Shown here one piece after another: positions 12,491 to 24,998 of a stretch of 64,000 nt of DNA. Made by a program: the position numbers and the translations under genes. The notes below the pieces were generated by a model. It did not search any database, had not been told where the DNA came from, and saw only the letters and a program-made list of their open reading frames with translations. This DNA comes from Octopus vulgaris (Eukaryota): assembly GCA_951406725.2 (NCBI GenBank), contig OX597827.1, positions 53,010,001 through 53,074,000 of the forward strand. The letters run 5' to 3'. Numbering within the stretch: the first letter of the stretch is position 1; each line of letters opens with the position of its first letter.

Positions 12491-13582
12491 AAGAGAATGT
12501 GTCTTTTCTCTACAAATGTGTCATCAAAGTTATAATAATACTTATATTTAACATTATTATTTCCTTGAATCATTCTTAGTGCCTTAAATTAAATATACTT
12601 CTTTTCTACCAAAGTGTCAAAGTTATATATTTGCTTGAGTTATTTTAAATGCCTTAAATTCTATGGAACGAATCAAATTTTATAAACTATTTTTCTAGTC
12701 AACCAGGAGAATGTCTGAATCTATTTTTTGACAAATTACATCCTTTGTTTTTAATTGCTTGAACATTACAATAAATTGCTATGTCCAAACATTCTTTATA
12801 TTGATGAAAATAAAACCGATCAAACCAGAAATGCATTTTTTGTGTATAATTTAGTACTTTTCTTTGCTTTCCTTATATGCAAAAGCAAGCATTTTTTCAA
12901 AAATTACTGTTGCTGACTATTGTAGGGGTAATGAATCATTTTGGGTCAGCTTTATAAACCTTAGCCTAAAATAGTAGTTTAATAATCAACAAAGTTTGTT
13001 GTTTGCTTTTGGTTCCCAGTTACAGCTGCTTCACTTATATTGTGAATGATAATGACATATATTGCATGCCAAAAGCAATGCTCACTTAAAACATTAATTA
13101 TTTGTTTCAATCAAAATCTAGCCATTAAGAAAAAAAGCAAATGATATTTATTAATCTGAATATAATAATCAATGATCTGGGATAATTATTTTTTTAATAC
13201 ACTATCAACAAACTTTTTATAGTAGAAATTTATCCAAGATGTTAGCACAATGGAATTGACCCTGAAATCATATGATTCAGAAGCAAACTTCTTAACCACA
13301 AAGCCATGCCTGCATGTGTGTGTTTAATCATTTAGAATTCAGGGAGCTTCTGTTGCAAGTGAGTTTAGGAGAAAAAAACTGAAAGAAACTCCATTGTGCA
13401 TATGTAAGTGTGATTTGTTAAATTTGTGCTCTACAAAAGTTATGAGCTGTGAGCTGTATTGTTGTGACTTCTATGGACAAATTGTCCTGTTGCTTTGTGC
13501 CTTCAAAGACTTGTGAAATAAGAGAACCCTTACTTGAAAAATAGTTAATGATTACTAATCATTACAAATATACAAATAATTA

Positions 13583-14845
13583 CAGAGGTATCAAGTAATG
13601 AAGGTCACGGAGAGGGTCATAGCCCAACTAATTAGAGAGAGAGAGAGAGAGAGTCAGTTTAGATGAGATGCAGTTTGGGTTCGTGCCAGGGAAAAGCACC
13701 ACTGATACTATATTCCTGGTAAGATAGCTGCAGGAGAAATACCTCTGTACCTGGCTTTCGTTGACATGGAGAAAGCCTTTGACAGGGTCCCCCCATCCCT
13801 TATCTGGTGGTCAATGAGGAAACTAGGGATAGATGAATGGTTAGTGAGAGCTGTGTGAGCCATGTACAGAGACGCTGTTAGTAAGGTGAGGGTTGGCAAC
13901 AAGTACAGTGAAGAATTCCGGGTAGGGGTCCACCAGGGTTCAGTCCTCAGCCACCTATTTATTATAGTCCTCCAGGCAATAACGGAGGAATTCAAGACAG
14001 GATGCCCCTGGGAGCTCTTCTATGCTGATGACCTTGTTCTAATTGCTGAGTCACTATCAGAACTGGAGGAGAAGTTTCAGATGCAGAAGCAGGGATTAGA
14101 ATCGAAGGGCCTTAGAGTCAACCTAGCTAAAACCAAAGTCCTAATAAGTAGGAAGGTAGACAAATCACAAACGCCTAGAAGTAGTTGATAGCTTCCGTTA
14201 CCTAGGTGACCAAGTCAGTAGTGGGGGCGGGTGAGGGAACCTGTGGAAGAGGTAGACCCAGGAAAACCTGGGACGAGGTGGTGAAGCACGACCTTCGAAC
14301 ATTAGGTCTCACCGAGGCAATGACTAGTGACCGAGACCTTTGGAAGTATGCTATGCGTGAGAAGACCTGGCAGGACAAGTGAGACCATAACCCGTGGCCT
14401 CTACATGGGATGTAGCCAGTCTGCTTATGCATACCTTTCCTTCTTGGGACACAAAACTACTTGCGAAGACCTGTTAAGGCAAGTGAAATCGAAATCGATC
14501 ATTATTAATGGAAATTGTAGTTGTGATACCAGAGCCGGTGGCACGTAAGAGAACCACCCAAACGTGGCCGTTGCCAGCACCGCCCCGACTGGCCTCCGTG
14601 CCGGTGGCACGTAAAAAGCACCAACCGATTGTGGCCGTTGCCAGCCTCGTTTGGTTCCTGTGCTGGTGGCATGTAAAAAGCACCCACTACACTCACGGAG
14701 TGGTTGGCGTTAGGAAGGGCATCCAGCTGTAGAAACACTGCCAGGTCAGACTGGGCTTGGTGCAGCCTCCTGGCTTCCCAGACCCCAGTTGAACCATCCA
14801 ACCCATGCTAGCATGGAAAGAGGACGTTAAACGATGATGATGATG
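13583..14845 (+). mobile_element. RTE-clade LINE remnant: RT fragment, internal deletion, 3'UTR and (GAT)n tail
   Basis: QFGFVPGKSTTD, AFVDMEKAFDRVP, GVHQGSVLS.LFIIVL, ELFYADDLVLIAES (ORF 13862..14188), C-terminal RGRPRKTWDEVVKHDL. Confidence 0.92.
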
Positions 14846-15288
14846 AGACAAACAGGAAGGGTGTCTGGCTGTAAAACAATCCTCAATAATATATTTTTCT
14901 AATCCATACCAACATGGAAAAACAGTAGTAAAAGCAAACCAATGTACATACATATGTGTATATCAGTCTATGTATTTATGTATATGCATTTATATATTTT
15001 TATACGCATATATCTGTGTTTACATATAACCATATGTAAGTTTAAGATTATTTCTGATTATAAGAATTACTTTATTTTTATTTTCTTTTGCTTCACGGAA
15101 CTAATGGACATATTTTAAAGATATTGCATTATCACATGACATCCCAATGAAATTTCAATAGAAGTCTTTTGAATAATCACATTAATATTTTCAGCTATGT
15201 AATGAGAAAATTTGTGGTTTATAATTTAGTTTGATGAGTGCTATGCACAAAAGTCTAGATTCTGGAGTCACTTCTGTAGCTTTATATT

Positions 15289-15319
<31 letters not shown>

Positions 15320-15639
15320 TGATGAATTTTTTCGTTGATATACCATCCAAGGATCCTCTGTGGCAGGGAGAATTGAAGTGATGAAAATGTAGTCAACTTT
15401 AATAATAATGAAATTATATTCAAGGCAGTGCTGCAGCATGGCCTTAGCCAAGATAGCTAAATCAGGTTAAAGATATAAATATATACATATATACATATGG
15501 AGATTATTGATAGAAATAAGAGTGTATTAAATATAAAGTAGTATTTATATTTCAAGATGAGAAATTTAGGGTCATGTCATTCTATCTCCAAGTTCCTCAT
15601 CGTTACAATTACAGCAAAAAAATAATGTAGAGTAGTAAT

Positions 15640-16200
15640 GAATTCTTCAATATGTATATACATGCACACACATAAATAGACATATGTACAAAACATGTAT
15701 ACTCATATTATATATATATAAATGTATGTATATATATATACATACTAATACATATACACATCTATATATACATAAAAATACATACACACACACACACACA
15801 TATATACAAATGCATACATTACATATATATATACATATGTATGTATTATTTTAGAGCAAGGCCTTAACATTATATATTCTCTATAGCTCAACAAGTAAAT
15901 TTGTTAAACACCAATCACCAAATCTATAGCCAGTTGATGATGTATTCCGGATAACTAGTGACATATAAAAAAATTCAACTGAGAAAGCACGAAAGGGTCT
16001 GATTGCAATGAAGCTGAATGGGACCCAAAAGAGGCAGATTCCTAATTGATATGTTGTCAAATTTTCTTGTTAACTCTTGAGGCTATACCACAAAGATTAT
16101 TTGAGAGTAATGCAATATATATATATATATATATACATATAGATAGATATACATACATATATATATATAGATATACATACATACATATATATTTATACAT

Positions 16201-16235
<35 letters not shown>

Positions 16236-16696
16236 ATGTATGATGATGATGATGATGTATATATAATATATACATTATATATGCATATATATTTTATATA
16301 CATTACACATATATATATATACATATGTATATATCCACATATATAAATTTACGTGGCGTTCAATCATATAATGTATATATATATAAATATATACATTTAT
16401 ATACACATGCATATATGGGTACAGGATGTCGCCAATAGTAAACAACATGACATACGAAAACAAATGAGTTCAATTACACAAACAACTAAAGAAACAAATG
16501 GAAAACAGTACAAGTAACATAAAGAATGACCCTTCATCAGTTGTTGGCAGTCTATCTACTCCGCATTTCGAGCACTGAATGACAATATGAGTCTTCGAAG
16601 ACAGTTGCTCCCATAAGTACCAAAAGTAAATTTGGAATTTATGGAGGGCAAAGTTGGGAGCAAAAACAGGACAGTGAGAGACAAACACATATATAT

Positions 16697-16755
<59 letters not shown>

Positions 16756-16802
16756 CACATATATACGTATATATATACATAATACACACATATATATATA
16801 TA
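15640..16802. repeat. (TA)n/(CA)n microsatellite-rich block with an embedded unclassified repeat (16420-16685)
   Basis: Long dinucleotide runs that generate the YIYIY ORFs. Similar blocks at 24945-24995 and 34580-34745. Confidence 0.9.
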
Positions 16803-17151
16803 GTACAAAGTAAGATAGGGCTTATGGGTGTAACCCACTATGGGACTTTGTTAGCTTTTGATGTTCTCATTTGTAAAATGAATAAATAATCTAACATTAT
16901 AATATCCGTAAGTCGATGAATAAACCAAATTCGTTTCTCCATTTTCTTATCTGTATTATATATATATATATATATTGATGTCATAAGAATGTATAAACTT
17001 TCAAGAGAATCCAAAGTAATTTCTTAATTAGAACAGTGCCCTGTGATACACATAGAACTATAAATATCCAAAAGGTTTTTCCTCCAAATATTTACATGGT
17101 ATTACTTATAGTTTTATATGATCCACTGTACCAGAAAAAGAATTTCATATA

Positions 17152-17663
17152 GAAGGTGTGTCAGAAAAGTAACAGGACTTAGTGATTAGGACTGTGTGAG
17201 ATATGAGTTGGGTAGAAACTAGCAGGTTGTGTCACTGTGTGATGTAATATCTGGAGAGTATATAACTGTCATCTCAGCTCTCTGCATCCATTGTATGTTT
17301 CTTCATGTGCTTTTGTTAACAGCACCTTGATTTTAGGTCATTATTTTATAGGCACAGAACTCGAAGTTTTTGATCCAACCTGCATCTTGCAGTTTCTTGC
17401 CAAGAAGGACATCACCATGCTAGAGCAACCTGGCTCTGTGAGATTTTTTACCTTGGGAATCCGTTTATCTGTCATGGAAGCCATCGAGAGGGCCATGACA
17501 ACAGAGCTGCGGAGAATCCTTCGAGGAGTGCATGGAGGTATAGCAAAGAAGGACGGGAAAATGTGTTAGACTCAAGGGGAATTATTCTGAAGGGAAAAAC
17601 TTGTAGTTTGGATTTGACATAAATGTTTTGACCCCAGTCATGGTTCTTTTGAGACACACCTCG
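17152..17663 (+). mobile_element. Internally deleted mariner (MITE-like, about 512 bp)
   Basis: Imperfect TIRs GAAGGTGTGTCAGAAAAGTAACAGGACT / AGTCATGGTTCTTTTGAGACACACCTCG flanked by TA; transposase C-terminal remnant QFLAKKDITMLEQP. Confidence 0.8.
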
Positions 17664-17677
17664 TATACATATACATA

Positions 17678-18964
17678 CAGAGTGGAGCAGACTGGATGGA
17701 CGTTCTTGAAATGGCTATTACTCAGCCCCAGTGGGAGGGACATATGTCCAACAGGTACCATAGCCAATTTTTCTTTTCAGGTGAAGCCATGGAACTGTGG
17801 ATGATACAGCATCATGTGTTTGCTTACAACAACAAGTCTGTCACAGCAGTTCAGTGTGAGTTTTGGCATCACTTCAACATTCACCGAAATCAGGCTGTTC
17901 CCACCTGTAACACAATCTTATGTTGGGTGAATGCACTTCCTACACGAGGTACACTAATGAATAGGAGACAAGCGGGGGCGCCTTAAACAGTACGGACCCT
18001 GGAAAATGTAGAATGCATCAGACAAGCTTTGATACCGTCTGAATCACTCTGCTCAGAGGTGCTCCACAGAACTTGGATCAGTAATTGATTGGTAAGGCTT
18101 ATTTTGCATGAAGACCTGCTTTTCCACCTGCACAAGTTGGTCACTGGGCAACAGTTGAAACCATGGGACTATGCACAGCAGCTTAACTTTGCACATCAGA
18201 TGGAAGCAATTTTTGAGGCAAATGACAACCTCATTTTGTTAATGAGTGACGAAGCTCATTTTCATCTGAATGGCATGATGAATCAACATAATCATCATTA
18301 TTGAACTCTCAAAATCCAAGAGAACTGCACGAAAGACCACTGCACAGCTCGAAAGTGAGTGATGGCCTAGTGTGCTGTTGGAAAAACTGCCATCATTACT
18401 TTTTTGAAGACAATAATGGAAATGCTGTTACTGTGAACTCTGAGCATTACATCGAGATAATAAACAACTTCTTTGTGACTGAATTACAATGAAAACATAT
18501 GCCTCTTTGACATGTGTCAAATAGGTAACAACCCACACAGCCAGAACATGAATGTTCTTTGTCCTCTCTTTAGTGACTGCCTCATTTCCAGTTTTGCTGA
18601 TATTCCTTGGCCTCCTTGGTCCCCTGATTTGTCTATGTGTGATTATTTTTTGTGGGGGAAACCTCATGGTACGTGTGTATGCACATAAGCCCCATACATT
18701 GGATGATTTGAAGGAACATATTCCCATGGAAGTTGTACACATCGACAGAGCAATGCTGGAGAGAGTGGAGGCCAACTTCCAAGAATGCCTTCAGAAATGC
18801 ATCAATGAAAATAGACATTACATAATGGATGTTGTTTTCCACACTTGATTTTGACAAAAGCTAATTCAATACGTACATATTGATGTCAATAAAATTTGTT
18901 TGCAGCTAAAATTAATGATTTTTGTGAATTTTTCAAAAACGTCCTTCCTCTCTGCCCCACTCCA
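17678..18964 (+). mobile_element. Full-length decayed IS630-Tc1-mariner element (rosa/DD41D-like), about 1.29 kb
   Basis: TIRs CAGAGTGGAGCAGACTGGATGGACGTTCTTGAAA / TTTCAAAAACGTCCTTCCTCTCTGCCCCACTCCA with TA flanks; fragments SVTAVQCEF, LMSDEAHFHLNGMMNQHN, VYAHKPHTLDDLKEHI. Confidence 0.88.
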
Positions 18965-19766
18965 TATATACACACACACATATAAACATATGTATATGGT
19001 TTCCTCATTTAGTTTTCATTCTTTGTATTTGTTTCTTACCTCTCTTTTGTCAATAAAAGTGATATGAAGAATGGAGTTTATATATATATATATATATTTA
19101 TACACACACACACACACACAGATATGCACTGTAAATAGCTGATAAGGTACTGCTTTTAATCTGGACATGATTATGAGAGAACAGTTGGTTTTTTGAAAGT
19201 CTTTTTGTTGCTATTTGCCACCACATCAAGGATATGTTCTTGTGAATCCAGGTGTCCCAAGGTAAAATGATCCACCCATTCAAGATAGGACAGAAATTTC
19301 TAATACACACACACACACACATAATTACCTATCTCCCTCCTCTCTCTTCCTATATATACATATGTGTGTGTACTTTTGTGTTTGTATATGTGTGCGTATA
19401 TATGCATATACAACACCTGAGACCTATATTTTTGTTATGAATTATTTTCCCTTTTTGCAAATGAGAATTAGTGGTGGTGGGGCTAATTGAGCCATTAGAG
19501 AACAGAAAGCAGAGAAGTAAAACAAACAAAACAAACAAACAACAAAACATGGCAATGAAACAAGTTCTCCCAGAGTGAATGCATCGCTAGTTTAGCTGCC
19601 AAGCATCATCAGCTACATATTCCAATAGAGCAAGGACAGAGTGCACATTAATATGTTAATATATACAATAACAAGGAGATAGTATTGCATTTTGGGGGAG
19701 ATGGAAAATATCTGTATATCTGCAGTTTTGTGTTGGTGTGTGTGGTTGTGTATGTGTATGTGTGTA

Positions 19767-19797
<31 letters not shown>

Positions 19798-20331
19798 CAA
19801 AGATAGTTTGTGCGAGTTACTTTGTATGTTTGAAGTTAAACATGGAAGGACAGCATGAAGAACTTTAAAAACAGGGATGTAAGTAGCATGCTGAAGCAAT
19901 GAAAGAAAACAATTTTCTGAAAAGACAAAAACTGATTCTCTATTCAATACACAGCAGGATGAGGGGAATGCAGAAAGAAAGAAAGAGAGAAGAGAGAGGA
20001 CAGAGATATGGTGGATGATGAAGAATAAAAGGAAAATGATTGCCACTATACTGAAAGTGGATGATGTGTAACAAAATCAGCACGTTAAAGTTTTTTAATG
20101 CTGAATCCATTAGTCCGTACACTGTCACTTTTGTCTGTTTAATAGTGGACAGTTATATATATGTATATACACACACATATATATAGTTACTCTGTCAGTA
20201 CATCATTCATTCATAATATTATATACAATATCACTTAGCATGTCCCTTCAGATATGAATTACAAAGTTCATAACATTAGCACAGGAATTTTAGAGGCGCT
20301 TTACATGAATGAGCATTGGGTTTCAGTTAAG

Positions 20332-23300
20332 TCAAGTCGTTAAAGAGCTGAGTAAATCACTCGGATGCCCTGAGCTCGGTGAACATGTGGCAGCTGCAAT
20401 TTCTCTGTATCTTGTCTCCGTGGGTTGAATATGGCTGCTGCCATTTGCAGCTCCATGTGAATGGTTTATAGGTGAAGGATCTTTTCGAGGTCCACTGACA
20501 AAGACACCTCCTTGGCCACGTTGTCTATTAATGGCATGACGATGCCGCGATTCATATAAGTATTTCTACAAGCAGAAAATGAATGAAAAAGTAAATGAAA
20601 CATATCATCATTATTAACATCATCATCACTGATATTATAACAAATTATTTCCATAATATCATTAACATTAAGTCTCTTACTGAAAATGCTTTTGGTTGGA
20701 TTATTTTTTGTATACTGGTTGAGAAAATGATGGATATGCAGTCTGAGAAACTAAGTTTATTTAGAGAAGACAGAGTGAAATGTTACTGTAGTTGTAAGTT
20801 GGGTGAAGATCTTCATGTAGAGAAAATTTAATTAAATTTGTTACTGTGTTTCTAGATTTTGTTTTGTTAAAATGTATTGTGTATATTAAAATAGTCCCTA
20901 TGATGACTTATCTACAGATTAATTTAAAACTGCAATGTTTACACTTGCACAGAATCCATTTTCCTTACTACTTGCTTGGATATTAACAACAAAGATTTTC
21001 AATTACTCTAGTTTTAATTTCCTCTACCCTATTCCTTCAAATTTATGTCCTGTCTACCACTCACTGTACTCTGTGAATTATCAAGAACTGATTAACTATC
21101 TATCATTCTGCATTTAGGAAATCTATCTCAACATACTCTTTTGTAAAGCTATCAGTCTAATGATTTCATTGGAACAAAACCTGTTTTGGTTGTTGCACTT
21201 CTTCCACACTTATATCACGAGTGCAGTAGCCAATTTTTTTGCTGCTTTGAACTACTTGCAACAGTTATTATCCTTACTTTCCACTATCACTGAGTAACAT
21301 TCTAAAAATACCTTATATATATATATATATTTCTCTTTAAAAACAAGCCTTTAAACAGCCACCCATTGGTTCTGTACCTTTAAATTATTTTACCACTGCT
21401 GTGTAATCGAGGCAACAGATATCCCCTAACTGCACAACAGCCACTGACCATCACATGCTGGTACTTGAAGTCAGTTAAATGGTAAGAGTTCTACCAGTTA
21501 TATGCTGGATAACCCTTGCATCAAATGTGTTTCACTGCAGTAATACTTGCAAGATACCCACCAAGAAAGCAAAAGGTTTTTATTCATTGCAGACCTGTAA
21601 GCTCTGCTGCCTCTTTTGTTCTTTATCAAGTGACTCTCTTACTAACTTTCCAGAACTCTCCAATCTATCACCCTTCTACAAGAATTTATCTGAAAATATC
21701 CTTGATGTAAATATAGCCACAACAGTTACAATTGGTTTTGCTTCTTCCACAATCTCCGAAATCAATAAAACTTCCATTAATACCTTTATTTTCCATTCTA
21801 CCTACCTTACTACCAAATACATACACTTATCAATTCCAAAACAATTCCCCCACTCATGAAACACCGAGGGAGTCCATAAATGATTACCTGAAATCAAATC
21901 TCCTTTGATTCAGATTGTTTGATCTAACCCTTGGTTACATAGTGCAAGGAAAAAAGTGAGATAGTCATGGCTAGAATACATTTAATTAGAGGTCTATTTG
22001 ATGAGGGCTAACCTGGAACTTAAACAGCATTTCTGTTCACTCCAACTAGTTCTGGTATTATCTTCCATTATCTTCAAGCACATTCACTTAAAGGTAATGG
22101 AAGAAGATAATGTCAGAAGTGAGAGCTTAAAGGTAGATGTCGGAGAACTTGCTCAGATTAGGATAGATTCCTGTAGAGAGAAAAGGATTGAAGAATTGGT
22201 AAGGATATTTGCTAACTCTGGTGGAGTTATGCAGAGTGTGCTAAGTGAAGCTGGCTGCAAAGAGAGCATAAAATATGGAAGCTTTTTCTGAAAGCAGTTC
22301 TCAGCTTAACACAATTTTCCATTACAGTCTTCCATGTTCACCATGATACTTACCCGCCTTTCTTTAGGTATTTTGCCCAAAGCCTCTAGTTTTGCTCTGG
22401 CTTGCCGTCTTTTTAAAATTCGATGATACTGTTTAGCATTCACATACAATGGCTCCTCTCCAGTTTCTCCAGGCTAGAATAAAGACAATAATAATCATAA
22501 TAGTAAGCTAGAAAATAATAGGCCAGACATAACAATAATAGACAAGGAAAAGCGAAGTTGCCTACTAATTGATCCATCTTGTCTGTCTGATTTCAGGATC
22601 GTAAAGAAAGAAGACAGAAAACAAAAATACAATCCCTTCCAAGTACTAGAGTGGTACTTTTATTTTATTGAGCCTGAAGGGGTTAAAGGCAAGATTGACC
22701 ACAGCAGGATTTGAACTCATAATGTAAAGAGCCAGAATAAATACTGCAAGGCATTTTGTCTAATGTTCCAGTGATTCTGCTAAGCTATTGCTCTTTAATC
22801 CTTTAGCATTTAAACTGGCCATATCCGGCCAAAAGTATTCTGCCTGTTTTATGTTCAAACTGGCCAGATCTGGTCTCTCACATCAATCCTACAATATCGT
22901 TTTAAAAATTAATGGCTACCTCATCAAAATCTCATAGCTACGAGATAATGCATGATTAGTTCAAAACAATGTGGATGAAAAAAGCATTAATTTTGGCAGA
23001 ATAATACGAACACTAAAGGGTTAATAATTGTGTCTGAAGTAAGCACAAAGCCAGCAATTTGAGGCAAGGGGTTTAGTTGAGTACATCATCATCAATGGAA
23101 TGAAAAGCAGAGTTGGCCTCTGCAAGATTTGAATTGAAAATATAAAGAACAAATGCTGAGGGGTGCATTTTGTTCAAAGCTTTAATAATTCTGTCATTCC
23201 AACCCCTTGTTGTTGTTACTGTTGATGACAATGATAAGTGTTTCTAAAGTAGACCAAAGCCTCAAATTAGAGGGAAGGAGTAGTCAATTGGCTCCAGTAC

Positions 23301-24943
23301 TTGAAAGACAAAGTTGATCCTGATGGGTTTGAACTCAGACTGTGAAGAACTAGAATAATATCCTGACAATTCTGCTAATTCTTCAGCTTAAGATCTGTGA
23401 TATATTTAATCTGATGTTGTAACATTTTGCCATTCCACTGTTTTCACTTTATACTGGAAATGATTTTTTCAAAAAGTTTTGGCACAGTCACAAACATGTA
23501 GAGGAAAGTATAGTCAAATGAATTAACATCAAGATCTGAAATCACAATATAATGATACAGAACTAAATATCACAACAAGGCATTTAGTATACACTGTGTC
23601 GATTCTATCACTTGACTTACCTTAAAATAAAAGCAAATAGACAGAAAATATAACCCTGGCATTTTAAAGCAACAAATTTGAATAGATCAACCAAACATAC
23701 AGAAGCAAGACAAAAGTTTCTGATACTTACACTGACCATAGGTAGCTGTTGACCAGCTATCTGCTGCGTTGGTAAATTTATCACTTGAATACCTTCAATA
23801 TAATAAATTATTAACAACCATTAATCATTGATGACAAATTATGAAACAGGTCTTCTCTCTGGTTAATTATTAAACAATGGACATTCAGCTCAACCAAACT
23901 CTATGTACTTAATTCTCTTTACTAATGTGGTGTCTTCATCAGATTCTCAGTCTGGCTCTGTGCGACCACATCTCAAATAACACATGAGAACAAAGTCAGC
24001 AGCAGCTGATCATTGAAGATCAAGTTTGGCAGTGCAGGCTACAGTGGTTTGGCCACATACATTTGCAGGATGATCGCTGGAAGATTACTACACTAACTTT
24101 TGTGGTAGCAGCTAATCAAGCACTGGTGAATCTGGCACAGTGCACCAAAAAAGAGATGGGCGAAACAAATTGAGGAAGACCTGAAGTAACAGTGCCTCAA
24201 CTTCAAGCATGCTAAGGCCAGTACCATGGATTGGAAAGCATAGAATAACATCATCACCAGAGTCTACCACAGCAGCATATTGGCTGAGATGACAGCCTCC
24301 CTTTCTGGTTGCCAGCTAGAGATTTTAATTACATGTATTCACTTTGCATGCTTAATCAGTCAGCTCTTTACAGCATTAACTAATATCTAAAATGACCGCT
24401 ATCCACTGTCATATTTAAATGTCTATGCCAGATAGATCAATCATGGATACAATTAAAAGAGCACATGTGCCTTATTTCTTAGAAATATTGTTTTCAGTTA
24501 ACCAACAATCTTGGCAATGTAAAATCAGATTACCAGTGACAAAGATGAAGATTCCAAGAGAATCTTGCTAAGCCATTCCATCTTGATTGGATGTGTCAAA
24601 GGGAATTCCAAGAATATGAAGAAATTTTAACATGTAATATTTAACATTGTACCTTTGTAAGCACCAATTTTGAGATTGATAAAGAACTATAAACCTGACA
24701 GAACTCACATTGTGTGTCTATTGCTTTCTAGGTACTGGATTACTGATTATATCACTGACGTTGCATTGCATTCCTTCTTAAATTAGGTCTACAAATGTTT
24801 ATCCAATTTAACTGAAGGTTTATATTTTACCTGTTTCATGGGTTATAAGCTGTCACAGGCTTTTTACTACTTCGATTCAATGAATGAATGAAAATTAACA
24901 CACATAATATCAGCAATTTATTCATATTTCTAGTAGTAATTTC

Positions 24944-24998
<55 letters not shown>

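Noticed and set aside
14530-14690. Repeat-spacer pattern resembling a CRISPR array
   Set aside because: Only about 3 units, the spacers are homologous to each other, it sits in a LINE 3'UTR, there are no cas genes and the context is eukaryotic.
16520-16610. Minus-strand CGAAA...CTGATGA, a possible second hammerhead
   Set aside because: I could not build consistent stems I-III around the core motifs; at most a decayed Penelope-like LTR.
16046-16889. YIYIY/HTHT-rich ORFs (also 3267-3615, 24888-25178, 33902-35333)
   Set aside because: Translations of (TA)n and (CA)n microsatellites.
21100-22320. ORFs 21479..21859 and 21998..22291 in the last NF-YA intron
   Set aside because: No recognisable domain; probably ancient LINE debris and too decayed to call.
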